The notes under the pieces: generated by a model | Told to the model about the DNA's origin: nothing | Database searches by the model: none | The model's input: the letters and a program-made list of their open reading frames with translations, nothing else | Part shown: piece after piece, positions 53,993 through 63,738 of the stretch | How the letters are laid out: each line of letters opens with the position of its first letter | Numbering within the stretch: position 1 is the first letter of the stretch | Program-made: the position numbers and the translations under genes | Assembly (NCBI GenBank): GCA_044344255.1 | Contig: JBIJDH010000017.1 | Coordinates: forward strand, 119,728-183,727 | DNA length: 64,000 bases | Direction of reading: 5' to 3' | Source of the DNA: Myxococcota bacterium | GTDB lineage: Bacteria > Myxococcota_A > UBA796 > UBA2385

Positions 53993-54232
53993 ATGGCCGC
54001 GCCCGCCCGCACCTACACGGTGACCGAGTTTGAGGCTTCTCCAGGCTCGGCCATGCGCCATGCACGCGAGGGCGAGACGGTAGAGATTACCTCCCGTGGT
54101 CAATCGGTCTTGCTCCTGGTGTCGCCCACCCCCGCCATTCGATGGGGCAACGGCAAGAAGCCCGTCGGGCTGAGCCCAGCTATCGAGATTCTCGGCGACA
54201 TTCAGGACATTATCGCAGATGGACGGCGGTGA
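53993..54232 (+). CDS. Phd/YefM-family antitoxin
   Basis: TVTEF...REGETVEITSRGQSVLLLVSP pattern; GGAGG RBS; GTGA overlap with the toxin. Confidence 0.8.
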   Translation: MAAPARTYTVTEFEASPGSAMRHAREGETVEITSRGQSVLLLVSPTPAIRWGNGKKPVGLSPAIEILGDIQDIIADGRR

Positions 54233-54687
54233 ATCTCTACATTGAAACCAGCGCTTGGGTGAAGCTCTACCTTGTGGAGGACGGGCGGGACAAAGTGCGG
54301 GCTGCGATCGACAAGGCCCGTGTCTTCGGGTCCTCATCGATCGCGTTGGTGGAGATGAACGCCGCTCTGACCCGCGCAACCCGTGGGGGCCGCCTGCCCC
54401 CGCAGGAGCTACCCAAGCTCTATGCCGCTGTCGACGCCGACTGGCAAACCTTCGCCGTCGTTCCGGCTGACGATTCCGTCCTGGTACGAGCCGTTGAGCT
54501 GGTTCGCTCCCATGGCCTTCGGGGCTACGACGCTGTTCACTTGGCGAGCGCCATGGAGCTCCAATCTGGTGTCGGCGGCCCAGTGACCATGCTCTCCTTC
54601 GATGAAGAGCTCAACGCCGCTGCCAAAGCCGAAGGCCTCGCCCTGCCGGAGCCGTCAGGCACCGTCCGACCGCCCCCGCACAACTGA
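54229..54687 (+). CDS. vapC: VapC-family PIN-domain toxin
   Basis: YIETSAWVKLY..E, ALVE, LRGYDAVHLASA, SFDEEL..AA..EG. Confidence 0.9.
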   Translation: MNLYIETSAWVKLYLVEDGRDKVRAAIDKARVFGSSSIALVEMNAALTRATRGGRLPPQELPKLYAAVDADWQTFAVVPADDSVLVRAVELVRSHGLRGYDAVHLASAMELQSGVGGPVTMLSFDEELNAAAKAEGLALPEPSGTVRPPPHN

Positions 54688-54689
54688 CC

Positions 54690-54711
54690 CCCCTCGTATG
54701 AATCCGAGGGG
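54690..54711. terminator. GC hairpin between convergent vapC and trxC
   Basis: CCCCTCG-N8-CGAGGGG directly after the vapC stop; no U-tract. Confidence 0.35.
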
Positions 54712-54748
54712 CGCGCCTACCGGAGCGCTGCGGGCGGCTCGCTCCGGC

Positions 54749-55189
54749 CTACAGGTAGGGCGCGACGAAGTCCTCGAGCGCCGGCCCCATTCGCGCGCCC
54801 GGCTCAATCTTACGCAGCTCACCGCCCTGCCAGACGCCGAGGGTGGGGATCGAGCGGATAGACAAGCGCCCGGCGAAGCCGCTGTGTGTGTCCGTGTTCA
54901 CCTTGGCCACGATGAGGCGGCCGGCGTGCTTCTTCCCCAGCGCCTCCAGGTGCGGGGCCACCGCGCGACAAGGGCCGCACCAGGGCGCCCAGAAGTCGAC
55001 GAGCACGGGCACGGGGGCCGCTGCGATCAGCGCGGTGAGACCGGCGTCGTCGAGCTCGACCGGGCGGCCGGAGGCGTCGAGGGCGGTCTGGCAGCGACCG
55101 CAGCGGGGGCCGGCGGAGAGGCGGCTCGGGCTGACCCGGTTGACCCCACCGCAGGCGGGGCAGCGGAAGTGAAGGCTGGAGTCGGACAT
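54749..55189 (-). CDS. trxC: Thioredoxin 2 (zinc-finger thioredoxin)
   Basis: CPACGGVNRV...PRCGRC zinc finger plus DFWAPWCGPC; GGAGG RBS. Confidence 0.93.
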   Translation of the reverse strand: MSDSSLHFRCPACGGVNRVSPSRLSAGPRCGRCQTALDASGRPVELDDAGLTALIAAAPVPVLVDFWAPWCGPCRAVAPHLEALGKKHAGRLIVAKVNTDTHSGFAGRLSIRSIPTLGVWQGGELRKIEPGARMGPALEDFVAPYL

Positions 55190-55387
55190 GTTGACCTCCT
55201 CCCCTCGATCTTCACCCCACGCCGACACCGGCAAGGCCCGGCCGTCGCGGGTCGCCCCGCGCCCCCGAACCGGACGGGCGGATCGCGCGGGGCAGGGCGT
55301 CTACAAGGGTGCGGCGGACTTCAGGGCCCGCGACGCGCATCTGGGCTACCTGGAGAGGAGGCCGCCGCTGGCCGCTCGGGAGCCTAC

Positions 55388-57028
55388 GTGACTCAGCCCG
55401 CCGGTCGCCCGCCCCAACCGCTCGCCATCCTCCTCCCCTACCTCTTCCCCCTCTTGGGGGCCTGCGGCACAGGGGTCGCGCCGAAGAACCCACAGTCCAC
55501 GCCCTTCGTCCCCTTCGGCGAAGCAGCGGCCGAGCCCGACGCCCTCCAGTTCGAGCCCGCGCTCCTGGGCCTCGCGAACCTCGATGACGACGACCAGGAC
55601 GGCCTCTCCGACTGGGAGGACGACGCCGTGGCCGGCGAAGACGACACCCTCCCCCTCCGCCTCGAGCCCACGCTCTGGCCCGCCGACGAGGCCCTCACCT
55701 TCAGCCTCACGGGCGACCTCTCCCAGCTCCGGGTCTGGTCCGACGGCGCGCTCCTCCTCAGCGCCGACGCCCCGACCGCCATCCTCCCGCGCCCCGACTC
55801 CCCGCTGACCCTCGACATCGAGCTCGGTGATTACAACGTCGCCGGCCTGCTCACGGTCGAGCGCTCCGACGCGCGCGCCGAGGTCCAGCTCGCCTCCGCC
55901 CCCCTCATCCTCAACCACCACCTGCAGGGCACCCTGTCCGTGGTGGCGATGGAGGACTCGCGCGGCGCCAATGAAGAGTACATCGCCACCTTCGAGGAGG
56001 CGTTGAGCGACCGCTTCACCCCGGCCCCGCTCTCGGACTACGGCGGCGACGTCTGGGTGCAGGATGAGATCGAGTTCGGCACCTCGACGACGCCCACCCG
56101 AACGATGGAGGTGGTCATCGACTCCGTGCGTAGCGGCAACGGGCGTTACCTCGACGACATCGCGGAGGACCTCTACCTCGGCCCCGACTTCGCCTCCGCC
56201 ACCTGGGGCTCGGGCCGCACCACGAGCCAGGACTCCTTCGGCAACCTCGAGGTGAGCCCCCCGGTGACGGTCAACGGCGTGGAGTACCCCTTCGGCCGAA
56301 TCTACTGGGGAGAGAACGGTGGGCAGGGCATCACCGACGGCCTCGCCGAGCTCCTCGAGGCGCAGGTCATCCAGGATCCCTTCCAGATCGACATCTCGAT
56401 GCTCTGCGTGGGCCACGTCGATGAGATCACCTCCGCGGTCCCCGACGCCACCGCCCCGCGCGGCTTCCGCTTCTTGATCGCCGACACCGCCCTCGGCAGA
56501 GACCTCGTGATGGGCCTCGATCCAGGCAGCCCCATCCCCCAGTACCGCCGCGCCCACGACTACCAGACCGTGGGAGAGATGCAGGACGACCTCGGGCTGT
56601 GGACCTACAACGAGGAGTTCCAGGTCGGGACGCTGGACCCCGCCCTCGCCATCTTCATCGAGGAGCTGGGGCTGCTGCCGGAGGAGATCATCCACATCCC
56701 CGCCCTCTTCGAAGAGAGCCGAGCCTGCGCGGGCGGTGGGCTCTCGCTGGTGCCCGGCACGGTCAACCTCGTGGTGGCCCAGGCCGCGGGCTCCGACGAC
56801 ACGCACGTCTTCATGGCCGACCCCTTCTTCCGCGACGCCGACGCCGGCCTGGACGAGGATCCCTTCGTCCAGGCGGTCGAGGCCCTCCTCCCGCCCGACC
56901 TCCTGCTCCACTGGAGCGATGATTGGGACAGCTACCACGAGCTGTGGGGAGAAGTGCACTGCGGCTCCAACACCCGCCGCCCCGCCGCCGGCCCCTGGTG
57001 GGACGAGACCCCCGCGGAGCTCCGATGA
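55388..57028 (+). CDS. Protein-arginine deiminase (animal PAD-type), predicted lipoprotein
   Basis: Lipobox LGAC; N.DDDD.DG, WVQDEIEFG, DSFGNLEVSPPV, YPFGRI, VGHVDE, GEVHCGSN. Confidence 0.85.
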   Translation: MTQPAGRPPQPLAILLPYLFPLLGACGTGVAPKNPQSTPFVPFGEAAAEPDALQFEPALLGLANLDDDDQDGLSDWEDDAVAGEDDTLPLRLEPTLWPADEALTFSLTGDLSQLRVWSDGALLLSADAPTAILPRPDSPLTLDIELGDYNVAGLLTVERSDARAEVQLASAPLILNHHLQGTLSVVAMEDSRGANEEYIATFEEALSDRFTPAPLSDYGGDVWVQDEIEFGTSTTPTRTMEVVIDSVRSGNGRYLDDIAEDLYLGPDFASATWGSGRTTSQDSFGNLEVSPPVTVNGVEYPFGRIYWGENGGQGITDGLAELLEAQVIQDPFQIDISMLCVGHVDEITSAVPDATAPRGFRFLIADTALGRDLVMGLDPGSPIPQYRRAHDYQTVGEMQDDLGLWTYNEEFQVGTLDPALAIFIEELGLLPEEIIHIPALFEESRACAGGGLSLVPGTVNLVVAQAAGSDDTHVFMADPFFRDADAGLDEDPFVQAVEALLPPDLLLHWSDDWDSYHELWGEVHCGSNTRRPAAGPWWDETPAELR

Positions 57029-57741
57029 ACCTCCCCCTCGCCGCCCGCCGGGCCGCCACCCGCTCCCTGCTCACCCTCACCGCCGCGGTCTCCCTCGGAC
57101 TGGGCGCCCCCGCGGCCGCCCTCGAGCCAGGCGTCACCCGCACCGGCGCGCCCCGCTTCATCGCCGACACCGAGGACGCCCCCACCCTCGTGCAGCGCTT
57201 CGATCAGGAGGCTGATCCTGCGCTGCGGGCCGCCCTCATCGAGGCCATCAGCCTCGTCCACCCCGAGGCCGAGCGGGTGCTCAGCGAGCGGTACGCCGGA
57301 GAGCCCTCGCCCGTCGTCCGCGAGGTAATGCTGCGGTCCATGCGCCGCGCGGAGGCCGCCTGGGCGTGGCCCTTGCTCCAGCGGGGCTTCGCCGAGGTCG
57401 ATCCCCAGCTCCGCCGCGCCGCCCTCGACACCGCCTCCAACCGCGCCGACGCCGCGCTCGCCCGCCCCGGGCTCCTGGGGGCGGTCGAGGCGGGCCTCGC
57501 CGATCCCGAGGCCCGCGCGAGCGCGATCCGCGCCGCGGGTCGCCTCGGCGCCGAGTCGCTGTGGGCGCCGATCGCCGCCGCCCTGTCCGATCCCGACGCC
57601 GACTGCCGCCTCGCTGCCCTGCGGGCCCTCGCTCGCCTCGACGCCGCCCGGCTCCTTCAAGAGCCGGCGCTCCGGGCCCTGGAGGCCGATCCCGACGCGC
57701 GGGTCGCCCGCGAGGCCCGCCTCCGCGCCGCCAGACCCTGA
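57025..57741 (+). CDS. Secreted HEAT-repeat protein
   Basis: Signal-like N-terminus; DPALRAAL, DPQLRRAAL, DPDADCRLAAL repeats; ATGA overlap with PAD. Confidence 0.7.
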   Translation: MNLPLAARRAATRSLLTLTAAVSLGLGAPAAALEPGVTRTGAPRFIADTEDAPTLVQRFDQEADPALRAALIEAISLVHPEAERVLSERYAGEPSPVVREVMLRSMRRAEAAWAWPLLQRGFAEVDPQLRRAALDTASNRADAALARPGLLGAVEAGLADPEARASAIRAAGRLGAESLWAPIAAALSDPDADCRLAALRALARLDAARLLQEPALRALEADPDARVAREARLRAARP

Positions 57742-57793
57742 TCGACCGCGCGTGTGCCGACCGAGCGGGGCGTCGCGGGTCACCCCCGCGGCG

Positions 57794-58675
57794 TCAATCC
57801 CCTTGGGCCGCGCAGACGATGGTGTCGGCGTCGAGGGAGAGGCGCTTCACCAGGGTCGAGACGCCGCCGTGGTCCCGACAGACCCGGTCGAGGTCGAATT
57901 CCTCTCCCTCGTCCCGCCAGCTCTGCGGGTACTCCGCGTTAAACACGGGCTTGCCCGCCGAGACGTAAGGCTCGGCCTCCGCGCAGAAGCTCCAGAGCAC
58001 GCAGTCTTCGAGCAAGAGCGCGTCGAAGCGGGGCTCGAGGTCGATGAGGTGGGTGGCGTTCTTGTGGATGGCGCCCATCCCGCGGGCCTCGGTCGCGTCG
58101 AGCAGCGCGCCCACGTATTCACGGACCTCCGCCTGTCCGAAGTCGAAGCCCGCCGTGTCGCCGTCGGTCTCCATGTTGTCGTACTCGACGAGCCGGAAGC
58201 CCTTGGCCGCGCAGACATCCAGGCGCGCCTCCATGACGCCGATGAACACGGGGTAGTCGGCGACATTGAGCCACCGCTCGCCCTCCCAGCCGTCATAGTC
58301 GCGGCCGAGGATGCCGTCCCGGCCAGCCGCCCGCTCGGCCTCGTCGAGCGCGACCAGCTCTGCGTAGTCATCTCGCCAGTCTTCGGCCGAGCCCACGCTC
58401 AGGTAACACCAGGGGGTGCTCCCCTGATCGACCGCCGCCTCCACGAACCGCGCCGAGACGTCGAGGCCCTCCAGGCCGAGGAAGTCGACGGCGGGCGGCG
58501 AGTCAGACAGGGCCTCTGTGTCGAGGATCCACTCCCAGGAGGTCTCTCCCGGCACCTCCCCCCACTGGGCGGCGGTGCCCCAGTCGAGCGAGGCTCCGTC
58601 ACCCTTCCCGCAGCCCGTGACCAGCGTCGACAGGCCGGCCACCCCTATCCAATTCAGCGAGAGGCGACTGGTCAT
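57794..58675 (-). CDS. GH114 endo-alpha-1,4-polygalactosaminidase-like lipoprotein
   Basis: Lipobox VTGC; CYLSVGSAEDWRDD, GWEGERWL, KGF.LVEYDN, KNA, EDC, GKPVFNAEY. Confidence 0.88.
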   Translation of the reverse strand: MTSRLSLNWIGVAGLSTLVTGCGKGDGASLDWGTAAQWGEVPGETSWEWILDTEALSDSPPAVDFLGLEGLDVSARFVEAAVDQGSTPWCYLSVGSAEDWRDDYAELVALDEAERAAGRDGILGRDYDGWEGERWLNVADYPVFIGVMEARLDVCAAKGFRLVEYDNMETDGDTAGFDFGQAEVREYVGALLDATEARGMGAIHKNATHLIDLEPRFDALLLEDCVLWSFCAEAEPYVSAGKPVFNAEYPQSWRDEGEEFDLDRVCRDHGGVSTLVKRLSLDADTIVCAAQGD

Positions 58676-58711
58676 CTGGCGCTCCGTCTGTCTACCCGAG
58701 AGCGGGGTCGC

Positions 58712-59377
58712 TCACTTCGCATGTTGGACCAGCTCTTTCGCTACCTTCTTACCACAGGTCTCCGCCAAGGCGCCGAGCAGCGCCTCGAGCTGCGCCGGCT
58801 TGAGCTCCGCGAGGGAGGCCATGGCCTGGAGCTCGCCGACCTGACCGGGCAAGGCGATGGGCAAGAGCGTGGGGAGCTCGGTCTCACAGCGCTCACTCGC
58901 GCGATAGACGCGGTCCCCATCCCGCTCGTAGATCGCCGAGCTCGTGGTCAGCCACACCGCGGGCACGCCGCCGCTCACGCTCAGGCCGTACCCCGTGATC
59001 GTGATCTCGAGGTCCGCCTTACCCTTCTTCTCCGAGACCGAGTAGGGCGGCGGGCGACGCTCCGCCTTCTCGACGATGCCCTTGGTGAGGGCGCCCTCGA
59101 CCGCCTCGGGATCCACCGCCTTGTTCAAGATGGTCGCGACCTTCACGGCGAGAGCCGCGGTCGCGATCTCGGTGCCAAGGGTCACGACGTCGGCGGCGGT
59201 CTCCGGGGCCTCCATGCTCGAGAGGTCGGCGCCGGCGATGGTGGGCTGAGCCGCGATGACCACATCCAGCTTGGCGCTGCCGATGTCTGGGGCGGCGCGA
59301 CGGTAGCGGCCGTGGCAGCCGGCGGAGGTGAGGGTCAAGGCGGCAAAGAGGACGGTTGCGGCGCGCAGCGAGGACAT
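58712..59377 (-). CDS. Hypothetical lipoprotein
   Basis: Lipobox SAGC; GGAG RBS. Confidence 0.65.
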   Translation of the reverse strand: MSSLRAATVLFAALTLTSAGCHGRYRRAAPDIGSAKLDVVIAAQPTIAGADLSSMEAPETAADVVTLGTEIATAALAVKVATILNKAVDPEAVEGALTKGIVEKAERRPPPYSVSEKKGKADLEITITGYGLSVSGGVPAVWLTTSSAIYERDGDRVYRASERCETELPTLLPIALPGQVGELQAMASLAELKPAQLEALLGALAETCGKKVAKELVQHAK

Positions 59378-59480
59378 CAGTGCTCCGGGTCGGCGTTCGG
59401 GGTGGGTTGAGCCCCGTAGCCGTTCCCCAGAGGGCTGACGCCGCCCCCCAGCCGGGGATTCTGTGGGTCAGATACACTTT

Positions 59481-60167
59481 ATGGGGCGCACGATCCGCTC
59501 ACCCCGCCCGGGAGGCGTCCCCATGCTGCTCGCCCACCACCCTGATCGACTGGGGGAGCTCCGCCCCGCCAGCCCCGAGGCCCCCCTGCGGGTGCTCGTC
59601 AGCGGCTGCCTCTTTGGCTGGCCTTGCGGCGTACAGGGCGATGACTACGGCCTCGCCGCCACCCTCCGCGCCTTCGTGGGCCTGCCCACCCTGCGCCTCC
59701 TGCCCTTCTGCCCGGAGCAGCACGCCCTCGGCACGCCGCGCACGACGCCCGACCTCCACGGCGGAGACGGGGTCGACGTGATCGAGGGGAGAGCGCGCGT
59801 CTTGGACGAGCATGGCGCAGACCTCACCCTCGCGATGCGCGCGGGGGCAGAGGCGATGCTGGCCTTCGCGCGCGCCGAGGGCGCCGAACTCGCGCTCCTC
59901 ACCGACATGAGCGCGGCCTGCGGCTCCCAGGTCATCTCCGCGGGCTGTCGCTTCGAGCCCGAGCGGCGGTACCAGAAGGGCGTCGGCGTGGCCACCGCTC
60001 TGCTCCTCGCCGCCGGCATCCCCGTCGTGAGCCAACGGGACCACCAGACCCTCTCCCGGCTGCGCGCGCGCCTCGACCCCGCCTACCGCCCCGAGGCGGG
60101 GCTGCTCGATCACCACGAGCACCCCTGGACCATCGAGCACCTCCCCGGGCCCCACCCGCGTCGTTGA
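59481..60167 (+). CDS. DUF523 / 2-thiouracil desulfurase family protein
   Basis: LVSGCL.G.PC, FCPE..LGTPR, SAACGS, GVGV motifs. Confidence 0.85.
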   Translation: MGRTIRSPRPGGVPMLLAHHPDRLGELRPASPEAPLRVLVSGCLFGWPCGVQGDDYGLAATLRAFVGLPTLRLLPFCPEQHALGTPRTTPDLHGGDGVDVIEGRARVLDEHGADLTLAMRAGAEAMLAFARAEGAELALLTDMSAACGSQVISAGCRFEPERRYQKGVGVATALLLAAGIPVVSQRDHQTLSRLRARLDPAYRPEAGLLDHHEHPWTIEHLPGPHPRR

Positions 60168-60211
60168 TGCGCGGCCGCTGCGGGAGCGCTCGGTCGGCGC
60201 TCGGGCGGCGA

Positions 60212-61219
60212 TCAGCGCGCGGTGAAGCTGAAGGGCAGCCCCACCCCGCCCACCGCGCCGATCGTGCCGCGCACCGACTCCCCTGCCGACGGAGGGTCCG
60301 GCCAGCGCACCGCGAGCTCCGACCAGCCGCCGCATTGGGCCTGGGCGATCGAGCGCGCCACGGTGGGGAGATCGGCCGCCGAATCGACGAAGCCGTAGGT
60401 GCCGCCCGCCTCCTCGGCGAGGCGCCGCAGATCTTCGACCGCGGAGGGGTCTGACCAGAGCGAGTCGCTGTCCGACGACGGGCCGACGCCGATGACATGC
60501 ACGGTCACGCCGGTCTCCTGGGCCTTCTCGATGACGCTGCTGAGGCTGGCGCTCGAGCTCGTATCGGCGCCGTCCGAGATGATGATCAGCGTGGCGCCGA
60601 CGTCCTTCTCCCCGGGGAAGGCGTCCCGGGCGTCCTGCTCGGTCTCCTTCAGCATCTCCTTGGCGGCGTCCCAGAGCGGCGTGCCACCGTCGGCCCCCAG
60701 CCGATCAGCCCCCGCTTCGATCTGCAAGGGGGTCGCTCCAAAGCCCGCCTCCTCTTCGACCTCCGCGTTGAACATCGAGTCCGAGAACTCAAAGAGGCCG
60801 AGCCGCCAGCCCTTCGAGCACTGGTAGAGCGCGCGCGAGAGCTCCTTGGCGGCCTCGACCCGGTAGCGCTCCGGGTCCGTATCGAGCATCGAGGCGGAGC
60901 CGTCCACGAGGAGCGCGGCGCTGCCGAGCTCATAGCCCTCGTGCTCGTCCGTCTCCTCGATCGGCACGATCTCACCGTCCTCATCGCGGATCTCGATCTC
61001 GTCTTTGCTCGGCAGGAGCCCGAGGCCCGCGCCGTCATCCGCGGAGACCGCGACCTTCACGAGGCCGTAGTCGGCCGAGTCGGGGTTGGAGAAGCCCTCT
61101 GTGGGGACGACGCCGAGCAGCAGCACGTTGAGCAGGCCGAGCGCCTTACCGAGGAGCGCGCAGCCGCCCAGGGCGGAGAGGCCGATGACCGGGAGGAGGA
61201 GCGGGGCCTGGCGTCGCAT
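60212..61219 (-). CDS. von Willebrand factor A domain lipoprotein
   Basis: LGGC lipobox; DGSASM MIDAS, GGTPLWDA, ISDG, VIGVG. Confidence 0.88.
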   Translation of the reverse strand: MRRQAPLLLPVIGLSALGGCALLGKALGLLNVLLLGVVPTEGFSNPDSADYGLVKVAVSADDGAGLGLLPSKDEIEIRDEDGEIVPIEETDEHEGYELGSAALLVDGSASMLDTDPERYRVEAAKELSRALYQCSKGWRLGLFEFSDSMFNAEVEEEAGFGATPLQIEAGADRLGADGGTPLWDAAKEMLKETEQDARDAFPGEKDVGATLIIISDGADTSSSASLSSVIEKAQETGVTVHVIGVGPSSDSDSLWSDPSAVEDLRRLAEEAGGTYGFVDSAADLPTVARSIAQAQCGGWSELAVRWPDPPSAGESVRGTIGAVGGVGLPFSFTAR

Positions 61220-61291
61220 GGAGACCTCGAGGGGGTCTCGAGCGGACGAGGCCCCAGCGCCCGCCATTCAACCCCGAGATAGGCCGCGCCG

Positions 61292-63337
61292 ATGACCGAG
61301 CTGCCCGAGATCGTCGCCGAAGAGCAGGAGGTGCTGGACGGGGTCCTGCCCGCCTTAAAGCGCATCCAGGAAGACGAAGCCAACAAGGCCGCCGAGCTTC
61401 GAAAGAGAAGAATCGCGCTCCACAAGGAGTGGACGAACGCTCGGGGTGACCCGGCCCAGCGGGAGGCCTTCGAAGAGGCCCTGGTGGAGGCAGAGCGCCG
61501 CGAGAAGTCCCACGCCGCCGCCAACCGCTCGCGGGAGCTGCCGCTGGCCTCGCCCTACTTCGCGCGGATGGTGCTGGAGGAGAAGCGCCGCAGCCAGACC
61601 GTGCTGCTCGGCAAGGTGGGCGTGGTGGGGCAGGGCCTCGCCATCGTGGACTGGCGGAACGCCCCCGTCAGCCGCCTCTACTACGACTACGACGAGGGCG
61701 ACGAATTCGAGGAGGAGTTCGGCGGAAAGGCCCGCGAGGGCACGCTCTCCCGCAAGCGGAGGGCCGACATCCGCGCCGGCCGCCTCGAGGAGGTGCAGGC
61801 CGGCGAGGTGGTGCTGCGGCGCAACCGGCGCGGCGAATACGGCGCCCCCGACTCGGCCAAGGCGGACCGTGACGATCACCGCCTGCCCGACATCGTCTCC
61901 CTCATCACCCGCGAGCAGTTCGCGGTGATCACCCGCGCCGAGGCCGGCGTCGTGCTGCTCCGCGGGCGCGCGGGCTCGGGCAAGACCACGGTGGCGCTGC
62001 ACCGCATCGCCTGGCTCCATTACCAAGACCCTGTGCGCTTCGCGCCGGACAAGGTCCTGGTGGTGATGTTCAACAAGGCGCTGCAGACCTACATCTCCGG
62101 CGTCTTGCCCGAGCTCGGCCTGAAGGGGGTCCCCGTCGAGACCTTCCACGGCTGGGCGGGCCGTTGTCTCCGACAGGGTGGGATCGAGCTCCCCTTTCGC
62201 GCGGCGGGGCCCAAGGCCGCCGCCATCTCCCGCCTCAAGCGTCACCCCACCATCGAGGCCTTGATCCGGGCCCAGGTCGATCAGCTCGGCGAGAAGACCG
62301 CCGCGTGGGTGCAAGAGCAGCTCAGCCCCGAGCAGCGGGCCGCCTGGGACGCCACCGCCGGCCAGGGCCTCGCCCGCCTCCACGCCTACCAGGTGAGCCA
62401 GGGCGCGCTCCCCGCCTGGACCCGCCTCCGCGCCCGCCTGCTCGACCACGGGCGCGACCTGTTCGCGCTCTTCGACGACGAGGCCCTCTGCCGAAGCGTG
62501 CTGCCCCCGGCCCTCCACGGGCTGCTGCCGGCCGCCCGCGAGCACCAGGCCCGAAACGCGGCCCAGGGCTGCTTCGACTGGGAGGACGCCGCGCTCTTGC
62601 TCCGCCTCGGCCAGCTCAAGCGGGCCGCCATCCCCACGCTCCCCTGCCCCTGGGCCGGCCGGCACGCCCACATTGTCATCGACGAGGCGCAGGACCTCTC
62701 CACCGTCGAGCTCGAGGCCCTGGTCGACTCCGCCGACGCCGGCCGCTCGGTCACCATCGCCGGCGACCCCGCCCAGAAGATCCTCGCCGACGCACAGTTC
62801 GAGGGCTTCGAGGAGCTGCTGCAGCGCCTCGCCGGTGAGCTCACCGTGCGCCTCGACGCCCTCGCCGTCGGCCACCGCTCGACGCTGCCGATCATGGCGC
62901 TCGCGCTCCAGGCCCTCCAGAAGACCGAGGACCCGAGCACCATGGCCTCTCGCGACGGCGCGCCGGTCGACTGGATCAGCGAGTCGCCGCCCGTCCCCGC
63001 CGTGGTCGCCGCCCTGCGCGCCTTCCGAGAGGAGCGGCCAAAGTCGCTCGTCGCGGTGCTCGCCCGCGGCAAGGCCACCGCCGACACCTGGGCCACGGAG
63101 CTGAAGGCCGCCGGCCTCGCCGACGTGCGCCGCGCCGAGCGCTCCGACTTCCACTTCACGCCCGGCGTCGTGGTGAGCAACGTCCACCAGGTCAAGGGCC
63201 TGGAGTTCGACGGCGTGCTCCTGATCGAGCCCGCCGACTTCGGCGTCGCCGACCGCCACCTCCTCCACGTCGCCATCACCCGCGCCGCCGATCGGCTCTG
63301 GGTGGTCGCCACGCGCGGCCGGGGGCTGCTGCGGTGA
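61292..63337 (+). CDS. HelD-like SF1 (UvrD-related) ATPase/helicase
   Basis: SPYFAR, VDWRNAPVSRLYY, GRAGSGKTTVALHRIAWL, IDEAQD, GDPAQ, HRST, KGLEFD, VAITRA. Confidence 0.85.
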   Translation: MTELPEIVAEEQEVLDGVLPALKRIQEDEANKAAELRKRRIALHKEWTNARGDPAQREAFEEALVEAERREKSHAAANRSRELPLASPYFARMVLEEKRRSQTVLLGKVGVVGQGLAIVDWRNAPVSRLYYDYDEGDEFEEEFGGKAREGTLSRKRRADIRAGRLEEVQAGEVVLRRNRRGEYGAPDSAKADRDDHRLPDIVSLITREQFAVITRAEAGVVLLRGRAGSGKTTVALHRIAWLHYQDPVRFAPDKVLVVMFNKALQTYISGVLPELGLKGVPVETFHGWAGRCLRQGGIELPFRAAGPKAAAISRLKRHPTIEALIRAQVDQLGEKTAAWVQEQLSPEQRAAWDATAGQGLARLHAYQVSQGALPAWTRLRARLLDHGRDLFALFDDEALCRSVLPPALHGLLPAAREHQARNAAQGCFDWEDAALLLRLGQLKRAAIPTLPCPWAGRHAHIVIDEAQDLSTVELEALVDSADAGRSVTIAGDPAQKILADAQFEGFEELLQRLAGELTVRLDALAVGHRSTLPIMALALQALQKTEDPSTMASRDGAPVDWISESPPVPAVVAALRAFREERPKSLVAVLARGKATADTWATELKAAGLADVRRAERSDFHFTPGVVVSNVHQVKGLEFDGVLLIEPADFGVADRHLLHVAITRAADRLWVVATRGRGLLR

Positions 63338-63738
63338 GTGAGGGGGCCGAAAGGGCCGGTGAAGAGCGAGCGCCTCCGGTCTTCCTGGGGAGAGATCCTG
63401 TGCGCGGTGTTCGAAGGCGGCCCGACGACGAGCCAAGGGGCGAGCCTGCGTCGGATCGCGGCGGCCTCCCGGGGCCCACCCGCCGCCGCGGCCGCAGCGC
63501 GATGACCGGAGCGCAGGTCTGCCGCGGGACCGGGGCGCGAGCTCTGGCTGGGCACCCGAGATCGGGGGCGAAAAACGTCCTCTTGGCGCCGTACCCCGGG
63601 AGAGCGAGGGCAGCGGGGACCTGTGGGTGGGTCGGCGTCGTGGTTGCCCCCCGCCGTTCATGCGCCCTATTCCCCGACGCCGAGGCGAAGTAGGCCTCGC
63701 GCAGAAGCAAGGCTGTATCGCGCATATCCGTCCGGCCC

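Noticed and set aside
54602..55387. N-terminal 260 aa of the 808-aa ORF as part of PAD
   Set aside because: Overlaps vapC and antisense trxC; the lipoprotein signal indicates a start near 55388
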